A DNA stretch of 64,000 nucleotides from Monocercomonoides exilis PA203 (lineage: Eukaryota; Protista; Preaxostyla): positions 1-64,000 of the forward strand of contig LSRY02000006.1 in assembly GCA_001643675.2 (NCBI GenBank), given 5' to 3'. The notes below the pieces were generated by a model. It was not told the DNA's origin, searched no databases, and was given only the letters and a program-made list of their open reading frames with translations. Position 1 is the stretch's first letter; each line of letters opens with the position of its first letter. Shown here one piece after another: positions 57,601 through 64,000 of this stretch. The translations under genes were made by a program, and so were the position numbers.

Positions 57601-58036
57601 GAAGGAAGATGCTCTCGAGAAGAAGCTCGCTTTCATCACATGTGAAAAGTGCATTCTTTTTTTCTCTTGAATGGAACAGAATACAATGTTTGAGGGAAGT
57701 TCTCGATAATTTTCGAGAAATCACAATCGATGAATTCGAATGTTGAGATATTGCAACTGTTTCGAATTGAACAGAAGAGTTGATTGCATTTGTTGAAATT
57801 AGCAAAGAACTGCGCTTCTGCTCAAATATTTGCGGCAATTTGAAAGATAAATATGAATCACATGTTTTTTCATTTGTAGTCCTTTTGTTGTTGCATTGAT
57901 TAATGCATCCAAAGTTTTGCAAATTTGAATATACAAATGAATTTGGATTTTCAATGTTGCGAGACTTCTGTTCGGAAAAGAGTGCGAAACAGAATTGAAA
58001 AAATAAGGCTGTGCTTAAAAACGAGACATAAAGCAT
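45668..58036 (-). CDS. Giant receptor-like protein: beta-helix repeat ectodomain, TM helix, degenerate TKL-type (pseudo)kinase domain, 4122 aa
   Basis: Signal peptide, eight CG....(P/A)C modules with GG(A/G)I repeats, TM WPIIVIIMAFVLLIILIIAVI, and kinase C-lobe motifs LRWKAPELL, FSIGMMLWECLTLQIPF, RPSL. Confidence 0.9.
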   Translation of the reverse strand: MLYVSFLSTALFFQFCFALFSEQKSRNIENPNSFVYSNLQNFGCINQCNNKRTTNEKTCDSYLSFKLPQIFEQKRSSLLISTNAINSSVQFETVAISQHSNSSIVISRKLSRTSLKHCILFHSREKKNALFTCDESELLLESIFLQLSSVSNSLYFVSSSLHASSSSPSLSCCPCIISISDSILSSAEILNAPLLCTESDTQASMQRCLLSNITESYDRNEAKHKNGLYSTSFSSCVFSSVEDVFYDGISCSINSPSSSNFASSNSTFSKCFRTKNEPTRYNTSQRYYIGEVSFKNSIFEKCIANDEVNIRGGGIYCVGSSLTLSVVKCSFFSCNAKQDGGAIFINQSLFSLISNCYFENNTASFGGGTYFTSMTDTVVIEKCTYFGNIARSWGHDIRFYQMQSLMNNAIIESCLFIGRNTSANGSNYFDPAPKNLYYSNCFWSDFHCELGSGALFMQCQKSWVSTPPRFLFLFFHNNTSGDNHGHDCWLYSSFNIPNPFAYSFSTTPAKRVYFMGTSESKEFNSWIPQGTMLYSKTGGTDVEGCGLSALSTPCNSLEYSLSRLQELRTGLVNMLQAKFQPEVLNIGEMTVTMKGDGKDSTVISTSQVPQSASSVIVLSSGSLCLTNVSVEIEPPSSSLIVPYSLAALAHPQGRIQLENILIFGSSASNNVVHSVSLLNVQNGYLGLSSCMISEIAVDSLPLIAFQAPEQLGMKNVLMESISRKSGNGGIMEMEVDEQEIFRFNNVTFRNCSCQQGNGGAMFVALKKDSMFTVGQDVAVDFNECYVPTDDQSKGKGGALYIKVCSDEPLFVLNALSFERCNAWKGKNVFVEAVNLRTCVNENTIKFGRNGMLDDDLMGFENNDPSYLIPLRLYLSGTFVPPVHVGGPNNRDFSGCGYVSYPCSTLKHAVSLRFSAADRLLSLHSQFVWNEEMTLDGFAWNICCEQENTSISFKPVASVEGDGFITCASSSLFQNICFTLCDQPEFSFRSLLVGLGPSLTISDCSLKMENDDSVLTNSFAEIRKGTFSISNFHIQQLTADLSLPAPSGLICVSGDEASIDANGLICKQLTMRNKGDFLRLSSGKSSEIENSIFEEGSYADGCCVQWINGQILKVRNTSFASETRTSGNGSCINVKGASENFKSMMITNCSFDSCSVQEDESCGGAICGTEDAKCGLTVSDCIFHSCTAPEGLLGKGYGGGICLYCSSDSDDLFSIASPMSSLEYPNNAAVGKDLFIQSPNLTNTLTNKTLSFVAGSSDLTDDSMRGYDGADKVHAIPLVYFYRVITNEVCASETGQDVAPCGYDTYPCRSVSFSFKRQNGSKSNVVLSPLFTLAESVVADREKTYTIGGVAERSVVIVHGAKSPEAGLFCSSISLGFSVIINSIAFKLPTAIQTHSSLMHHKGSGSTRVENCEFEPQEAVESHSFSLIAAESGDITISDCSFKNIAFVAACIASCSGSSQTLIDKATITNATTLTGSSLITATTSTAELTVRDSSFTSVFKSNCVAIQTAFIQALTLNNTNIENIERSSNNGGAVECTVGNGGSVVIEGGSMKKCVCEGWNGGGLHISVEAGGNVQVGNTSSAETAIEECSSKENGGKGGYGGGMMLLLSEGSQNVIIKNVLFTLCLAPKGGSNIFIEAPVLENVAKASVLAHSFNTSVEDMPVFEELGGFDGSNKRDVIPLVLFFRQLSSTAHVSGTGIDYYKCGYADFPCLTIPFSESLIKESSGVILVESSFNIKDKIELKTKNMSIKAKESRSEIRVGAGGGGASGGMIETSKDVNIEQISFVHPSSLGEAISFLFMCLNERLCFSECQVEMEAASGLTCSFSLIGVLGGELKCEHFSVLNSRYGSVEMIVLDGSGTNNAVKCNMNDVNFTDITTRSEKGMMSVKSVQEFGMENSKVQNTNQMNCPFFSFEGTANITMKNSTFSEISRQNGFGGLMNGRVNEKEKIEITNCTMDTCNSNSEDMCGGCVHVDVGDYGTFLFDGNTATKCKVFGDRGFGGGLYIILNTLKSKYSLKMIEFSENEAKRGKNIYIVCPTPREVIKPTLFDKSADENMEEEELWVYDTSGSMPDGESLRRYLFASNAEIVFLDATNGTDSTECGTDLYPCQTMDAGFSKMTDDQSTLHIQGSTELNRDVTRAGKSLTVRGKAEHSTLNIETNGHFGLSEGSETPSLTFNNIRFALLAQSGRSELINAQTGTLFLKNCIFDESERSDAKIEFWLLECRRAEASFTTVIINTLCFVESVGIARVTEGIIEMEDVNISDVSSKGNGLIQGCEGSDLLLRNIRAESCVVENGQVVSVSGKASLSITKNSEFGTCENLNGNGGAVSVKGCANEEFIFANISLQSCTVGEMEMKGGGFFFEFTEQHSRTFSVMDCSFGSNKAKFGKDAFISCFDLNNSVTSERFARLSGDGENGAVEMMGTDNVNFKNENVNLMLFLVQGKFEVAEVSPTGLDVLGCGSSEHPCQSLWRGFQNLAPETRERQIRINGSAMVNDSYDLHSFLTISSSTDKTAELIINPKIERGEETSVFSSTMSLTLHSISLLMPQAFENGQTVVFESNAPSGMLDFQSSSFNVKREGEIAYQLVHMASGSLLLFNCNVSIFHSFQTPFVACGSVQLSNCNISKVCTSGSVEGGALRVCLTNSNNAAINETTACKCTCEAKEGMGGFMFLNITDSLEEKPLSIISSVFEANEAALGKNIFMQASDLNASVTEDVFAFDYEQLKDSPDLFVGSDRYQSNVDLFVFLISFKSDTVFVSSAGFDVKRCGSEFIACRSFWKGFGQIDQAKQEKVMLIDKAAAVTDQYDVSNFTIKSSVKMALEEESYLMFETANESNEICFFSNSHKLSVVDLALKMRKVEEGSSVRVIKNIQGILSLEDCSFETSADSAGASFRADVLFVMMNSGELFVKKLKVKASVRKDLFCINSGCLCNFDGMDVKELSSDCGCVVNVEQQERNANTEQAHISMNGSLFSSVVRSDDGSCVVKSSSNVPLSLDINGSTFEFCRSPESEKGGAIFVNLASDGVFKLSSSNVVQCGCSSSAGRGGGVYLCAKEEGSLKFVFKNCSFDSNSAKTGKDIFIECRDISAQVNESQFAMDLREGYYNRVNAIWGIDDKHQSEIDLMDFIVVYQSSMIFVSSANNKNGENSRKCGTTKVPCLSLGYGLSHVVTDDVPMLVIDTECVLQEEVDLTDVSMRPRSYEGGRIVLVGGIAPTRNSLMRAWERVKIEMLNITLPFSDSFAHLCLLEISSGIFEMSRSVVSTSDELNRAKAECAFLCSDGECVLFDVTVSLLDCSCVAECSGGALNCSSLLLASLDVSQNCLQISGSSGNCTFANISTRDIQLDDGYVIAVSGQFHQQNSIASEFRKHLSIFLGSLSAITGKSDHSGIIYVEGSSHQIEMNSLSVENMSSKANIGSHASFSHCSDISIESCLFNGDKSLINSNVSMNEKTNICKWNGSLVDFSDCTVKIKDSSIANSIEGGLSVSGGNVAIEKGEFVNNNPSIGKYPSARRNILCSDSAQLNIMSLKGGDGQEKNTSLWILNDGCSLMGIVEERASPLFIPSLRWVETEEKEGVLDVVFRGALLLPCNLSFRVVSSVGDVEQMETHEISESGFVSEEEVHGTTGLEMVRGAEASAEVRVCILFGDGHSPSATESFILKNKSKTQVVGDEKVVEGSEEGKSIWPIIVIIMAFVLLIILIIAVISTVRWRKQKRRTEELEIIVEDTVKKDPKAFEMVTMEMSPEEQWRRAEREAEKRNDEKIKKRVYGKQMQHSESSEHLLSESGSTEYILGRDSDKIPEWMLEKVDEKEEEGTRKRTPSPSISSTSTTDTSDTESTFVRSESMCPTTSSMSNLVDAMACSSPHEKLIVDLRDSLFMLLHGLNKTKEMAIGTLQEREQTAAQILFWVANGALHSFDEMENPLQSLSSLSPHIVLFSEHMVICIVMHSDLLSDDDSDSSSISSSTVVTSASDNDEDDDSLPSSAFEDEDDFKKECLRWKAPELLINKKMGATKESVAFSIGMMLWECLTLQIPFGDYEAEVAGQKIVNGERPMLDGVMQTPLLEIIKNCLSNHVSRRPSLKDLKRVFIQRFPESAQVLTMSDAVDYELVSEKRGSKESGDAETSFVSF

Positions 58037-58526
58037 GATACTTCTTCACCAAAAGTTTTATTGCAATTATCTTTTGTTTTTTACCCATTATAATTTAACT
58101 TATTTGTATTTCTAATTGGGATTATATTTTTGCATTTATGAACGAAACAACGATTTGTTCCAAACTTTTTCTCCAACCTTATCATTATAAGTCTTTCATT
58201 CCCTTGTCAAAAAAATACAGAAAAATTCTTTTATTGAGAAAAATATTTGTTTGAGTAGAATGGAACAAAACTCATAAAGCAAAATCGTTCGTCCCAATTG
58301 TTATTTTTAAGTCAATATTAACAAATGAAATTTGTATGTTATTATTAATATAATATGATATATAGATAGACAGATATATTAATTTCAATTTAAATATGTG
58401 TAAGTCAGAGGTTTTTTTCAAAAAAGAAAAAACTCAAAGGCTGAAGTGAAAATGAATTGACATCAATTATGTGAAATTTACAAGTCTATAAAGCGGTTTG
58501 TTTGAAGCTTTCATGATGAAAAGTAT

Positions 58527-61500
58527 TCAATCTTCCTCCCTCTCACTTTCATCTTTTGAATCCGAATTATTTGAATCTGAATCATCATTTTCAAAATCTT
58601 GCTCGTCTGCTTCGACTTCATCGCTTGATGCATCCCCTAATGTTGCAAAAACTTCAACCTTTCTTCTTTTTAGTCCCTAAACAAGGAAGTTTGTGAAATA
58701 ATTGAAATGGTTATTGTTTTTGTATTTGCCAAATATGCAAATTTTTATGTTTTATAAATAGAAAAGATAATTAATCTTATCAAAAGATTTGTAACAAGCC
58801 TCCTTTCTTTGTTGTTTCAACTTCATTTTCTCCTTTTTTTTCCTGTGAAGTTCGCGAACTCTTTCTTTCTCTCTCTCTTTTGCCTCTTTCTCTTTTTCCT
58901 TCAGTTCTGATGTGATGGAATCATAACGCTGAATATTATTGTGAAAAAAAAAATAGAAAATTAACAACATTGAAGATCAAAAATGAAATATAATCAAATT
59001 TTTGAAATCAAAACAAAAATATGTGAAAAGATTGGTTCACAAAATAAAGAATGGAAAAATCATCAAAAAAACTGCATACTTTTGAAATGTTTGAAGATTT
59101 CACTTTTCCGTCTTTATCAGCCATCTGCCTGCCATCTCTTTCATTCGTTTCAGCTTCATCCTCTTTTTTGTCTTCGCTTCCCTCTTCGCCATTCTCTGAG
59201 TCTTCTTCATCTCCAAATACAAGTCTGGTTGGTGCTGGCTTTCCTTTCTTCAAATACGTTTTCTTGTCTTTTGAAAATTCTTCCTCTTTTTCGAGTAATT
59301 CGAGTGTTGAACGAGGTATTTTTATTGTCGAATCTTTTTTCACTTCAAACATCTCGTCCATGCTTTCATCATCATCCTCTTCTTCCTGTTTATTTTCACC
59401 AACAATTTTCCTTTTCTTCACTTTTTCTGCATTTTCCTCAACTTCAGCCAATGGCTTCAAAAGAGCTATATTTTTTTTTCGTTTTTCGTTGTGTCTTCGC
59501 TTCTTTTCTTCTCTCAACTTTTCTTCTCTCTCAGCTTCCTCTCTTTCTTTTCCTGACAGCAATCCTTTCGGAACTTTGACTGATGATGTCGCATGAGCAG
59601 TGGATGTCTTCCAAGATCTTCCTTCTGCCTCGTTTGCCTCGCTCTCATCGTCTTCCTCTGCCGTCCCAGCAGAATCCTCCTCGTTCTGCTCTCCTTTTGT
59701 CTTGCTGCCATTCTCTTTCTTTTCTCCGCTCTCTGATTCCTCTCCGTCTGTTTCATCATCGCCAGAGTGGCTCGTTTCAATCATTGGTATCAGCGCTAGT
59801 CCCATCGACTTGGCCATCCCAGCGAGATCAAGTTTGGATTCATCAAACACTTTCTTATTTGGAGCCAGGTGAACAAACTTGGTATATGACATGATCGCCT
59901 TCTGCGCTGTTTCCTGCAAAGAAGGGAAACGAGCCAAAATCGCTGAGAGTTTTCCAGAAATGGGGAAAATGCGTTCTGTATTCAAGGAAGTCTGGGATAT
60001 TGGTATTTTCTTGTCCTTTAGCTGCTTAACCATCTCTTTCTCTTCAGATGGAAGCAACAGAAGAAGAGCTTTCCCGCCAGATTTGTAGCGAGCTGTCCTG
60101 CCTGCTCGGTGGATGTACGTGTCAGCGTCTTCGGGGCAGTCAGCCTGAAGGATCCAATCAACTGTCGGCACATCCAAACCTCGAGCAGCTATATCTGTTG
60201 TGATCAGCACAGCTGAAGAACGACATATCACAAATCAGAATGGTTGGAAAAAATAAAACACAAAATATGGATGTTTAGATAAAGAAATATCAAAGCAATT
60301 TATAAAAATTCACAAAGCACAGAGTGAATGAGAAAAACTAAAATCAAGATAAAAACAATCACAAAAGACAGCTTCATCGATGATGATGTCCATCAAAGAC
60401 AGACAAGTTAATTTGAAGATGATGAAAAGCATTGAAAAATAGCACTTCTTCAAATGAAAGAATTCTCTTCAAGCAAAACATTATAATTTCAATGTTTTCG
60501 TTTTAAGCACAAACCATGCTCCATCTCGCAAAACCTTGCAAATATTTGGAAGCGCTTCATCTGCTTCATCCTTCCGTGCAGGAATAGAAGCGATACACCT
60601 GGCCTGAGGTGCTGGAATGCCTCGCCCAGAAAAGCCACTTCTTTGCAGGAAGAAAAGAAGATGATCGTTTTGGACTTTTTGTGCGTTGCGATGAAAGACC
60701 ACACAACGTCGATCTGTTATAAGAAATAGCAAGAGAGGATATCATATCAAAAATGAAGAAAGTTCCAAATGAATCGACTCAGAAATTAAACATTTCTCGC
60801 GTTAAAAAAAAAGTTATGCTTTTTAAAAAATATCAACAAAAGCTTAAAGTTCATAAAACAGCCTCCGCAAGAAAGAATGAATGAGACATCTTTCTGATGA
60901 AAGCATGAGCAATATGAACAATATTTCTTCTGCGAATGTGTTTACACAAATACATTCGTTCATTATAAGTGTTCTTTCATACTTTGTGTTTCAGCTCAAC
61001 AACTGCATATTTCTGAATAAGATTGTCTGGGGTTGCCGAATCTTCCCCTTCAATTGCCCATATATATTCTGGATTCTGTAAAGGAATTTCAATTTGTTGG
61101 AAATTGAATTCAATGTTTGTTGAAATTTTGCAAAATTATTGCGAAATAATTAATAATTCGAAATATGAAAAGTATGTGGAATTTCAAATACCAACGAAAA
61201 AGAGCACATATCACAAAATTCGTGTTGTGCGTAAATGAAAAATAAGATTAAAAGAAAAAAAAATTATGTTATTATTCAACAAACATAAAGTCCAAGTCTC
61301 CTCAGTTTTGAAACAGATTTTGTTTGAGTCGCTGAAAAAAGTAATGTCTGCCTTGTCTATAAAAAGTTACATTCAAAACTTAAAAAATATTTTATCTGAA
61401 CAAACTTTCGGAAGAGAATCAATTATTGAGTCCAGCGTTTTCTTAAAGCCAAGATCAAGCATACGATCTGCTTCATCAAGGACTGTTGCATTAAATACAT

Positions 61501-62171
61501 ATATATAATTGAAACAATAAACTTATCATTTCACAATTTTCAAAAATAAACATTTAAATCCAACCAAAAACTTGAACGTCCGACACATAAAAGCCAGGGG
61601 TTTCATCCATATGTTGCAGTAGTCTTCCTGGAGTAGCAATTAAAATGTTCATTGTATTAATTCTTTCTGCCTCTTCTTTGCGATCCTTTCCTCCAATTAT
61701 AAGCCCTGCAGAAAAATGATGATATTTTCCAACTTTTCGTAAAATCTCGAATATTTGAAGAGCAAGTTCTCTAGTTGGGCATAAAACAATTGCTCCAAGT
61801 CCGTATTCTCGACTCCAATTTTTTTCATGTAATATTTCAAGTAGCTAACACAAAAATTTTGTAAAGCACTCAATATTTAAAAAACGCTTTCAAACGGCAT
61901 ACAGGAATAATAAAGCTCAAAGTCTTTCCTGATCCTGTTTTCCCACAAGCTAGAATGTCTTTTCCTTCAAGGGCTTTAGGAATTGCTTTTTGTTGAATAT
62001 CAGTGAGAAAAAAGAATTTATTTTCTTCCAAAGCTTTCGTAAAAAAAGAAAGAAAGAATAGTATTATCCAGTTAAGAAGTTAATAGTTTAATTTATAAAT
62101 GTTTGCAAACCTTTTTTAGTCTCTTTTGTGATATTTAGTGCAGAAAATCGATGTTTTGTTGTTGTTATCAT
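58527..62171 (-). CDS. DBP4: DEAD-box RNA helicase Dbp4/DDX10 (multi-exon)
   Basis: Motifs across exons: LTDIQ (Q), [88 protein letters not shown]; acidic C-terminus. ATG at 62171, predicted stop at 58527. Confidence 0.92.
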
Positions 62172-62832
62172 CAGAAATTTAAATATGGGTTAAAATTCTA
62201 TTTGAAATCATTATCTGTGAATTAAATGTACAAATAATGAATATGCAATCAATTCTTCCCTCGCATTTGAGTGTTAATTTAGCAGACTTGAACAAAAAAA
62301 AAAGATAGAACATTTTCCTCTCTGTAATCTGAAAATTTGTGTTTGCTGATGCAGATATCTTCTTAAACATACAAAAATACAATTGTAACTCTTCTATCTT
62401 ACTGTTAAAGGAAAAAATAAAAATATATAAAAAGTGATTAAATTGAAAAATATAGAGAATGAGTGATAACTCATCGGACGAACATAAAACTAAAATATAA
62501 AAAGACTTTAAACATTAAGTGTGGAAATGTATGAAAATGACATTAAGAACGAAGAATAAAAAATATATATGTTGAAAAGACAGAAAACAAAAAAATAACT
62601 GTTTTGAAAACATAGAATAGCAAGAGCAAGAATATCAATTCAATTATTCTAAAAAATAGCTATTAAAAAGTAAGACTACATATATTGTCGAAAATATTCC
62701 ATACAAAAAATTAAAAATCAGACATAAATGTGGAAAAGCATTGTCAAATTTCATAAACGCTTCTTTATTTTGAGAAAATAAATGGACAAATTAATCAAAT
62801 GATACTTTTATATTCTTGTATCAATGATTTCT

Positions 62833-64000
62833 TCATTCATTTAGAGTCTTTTTAAACATTTTGTATTCGTTTATCTCAACTGCAGTAATTTCACTCGACT
62901 TCAGATATCCAGTCAAGCACCGAGGAACAATAATTCTGTCTTCTCCATTGATCTGCCCTTCGACGCTCCTGTTTCCAGTGCCTGTTGCATCTTGAGTCCT
63001 CTCCAGCTCTGAAGAAGGAACAGACGTCTGCAGCAGCACAGCCAGAATCCTATCTGTTTTTGTCAGATGTTCGTGTGTCCAGCTGCTGATCAGGTCGACA
63101 AGAAGGTTGCTGATGTCTCTTCCGTCTCTTGCCCAGTGCACAAGATTGACCATCTTGAAGCAGAAAAGAAGATGCTCTGAATATTGACACTTGCAGTGCT
63201 CAGGAGAAATATGATACTTTGCCATAATTTCCTCTTCTTTCGATATTGCCAAAAACATCGCCCTCACAAATTGCTTCACAGCATTCAACACTCTCCTATT
63301 CTTCTTTTCTGCTTTTGGTGAACTTGAAGGCGAAAGCTCGATTCTCTCTTCTTCTTCTTCACCTTCACCGTCTGAGACAGAAATCACCTTCTTTGCAGCT
63401 TCACAGACAAGAACGTGAAAGTGATCGAGAACAGGCACGTCGATGCTCCACTGCTCTTTCCACTCCACTTCCTGCTCAGCTTGGTCGTTCTGCGGATTCA
63501 GATCTCCTATTTTGCTGGTGCATGATGCAATTGTGTACAGCGAAGTGCGAAGAGGGCAGAAGCAGAAAACGAAGGCAATGAAAATAAATACGAAATGCAC
63601 TACAAATGCTATTATGGTCAGATATCTGAAGAAGACAATATGTTTGCTCTGTTCCATTGACAGGATTCTCGAGTATTCGTTGATGCCGCCTCTCAAATCA
63701 AACTGCAGCGACGTGGTAACCATCTGCAGGCGCGTGTCGTTGAACAGCAAGTTGCTCGGGTCGCTTTCTGCAGCAAATGACTGCGCATAACTCAGAAAGT
63801 TCGTGATGATGCCGTCCAACCCCGAAAACGGAGGCTTCATCCCGTAGATTCTGTCAGGATCATCACACTCTTTTGCGTCGATGTTCACAAAGCAGTTCTG
63901 ATCCTCCATCAGAAGCTTGCTAATTTCTGAGTCTGGATTGAGTGTGCGGATGGACGAGAGCGAATCAATAAGATCGTCACCTGTCTGCACAATGTCGCTT
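62833..64000 (-). CDS. 3' part of a transmembrane protein with C-terminal hemerythrin-like domain (runs off window)
   Basis: TM helix (YLTIIAFVVHFVFIFIAFVFCF) followed by EWKEQWSIDVPVLDHFH...KEEEIMAKY...EH......EH...SWTHEHLTKTD, a hemerythrin pattern. Confidence 0.75.
   Translation of the reverse strand, partial: SDIVQTGDDLIDSLSSIRTLNPDSEISKLLMEDQNCFVNIDAKECDDPDRIYGMKPPFSGLDGIITNFLSYAQSFAAESDPSNLLFNDTRLQMVTTSLQFDLRGGINEYSRILSMEQSKHIVFFRYLTIIAFVVHFVFIFIAFVFCFCPLRTSLYTIASCTSKIGDLNPQNDQAEQEVEWKEQWSIDVPVLDHFHVLVCEAAKKVISVSDGEGEEEEERIELSPSSSPKAEKKNRRVLNAVKQFVRAMFLAISKEEEIMAKYHISPEHCKCQYSEHLLFCFKMVNLVHWARDGRDISNLLVDLISSWTHEHLTKTDRILAVLLQTSVPSSELERTQDATGTGNRSVEGQINGEDRIIVPRCLTGYLKSSEITAVEINEYKMFKKTLNE

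Overview
Eukaryotic chromosome end, probably from an oxymonad such as Monocercomonoides (inferred from gene-family style, short GT-AG introns and a very expanded 18S). From the tip inward: (1) about 2.64 kb of (CCCTAA)n telomere with a recurrent non-random variant, CCTAACCTAGTTTGAACCC. (2) A ~2.27 kb element encoding a tyrosine recombinase with a full catalytic residue set fused to a TRF/telobox-like Myb domain. It is bounded on both sides by the same 17-mer CCTAACCCTAACCTAGT and has a perfect hairpin just inside the right end. (3) An 18S rRNA gene transcribed toward the telomere and cut off in the V7 region by that element, followed by ETS/IGS sequence with sub-repeats and inverted repeats. 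(4) A complete 7.6 kb hAT transposon with 14-bp TIRs, an 8-bp TSD and degenerate cargo. (5) Ordinary subtelomeric genes: a lineage-specific family gene, two related beta-helix-type surface proteins (one with a pseudokinase tail), an HhH protein, a low-complexity protein, DBP4/DDX10 and a partial membrane hemerythrin protein. The best candidate for an undescribed system is the telomere-associated recombinase-Myb element, together with the CCTAG|T signature shared by all clean telomere junctions.
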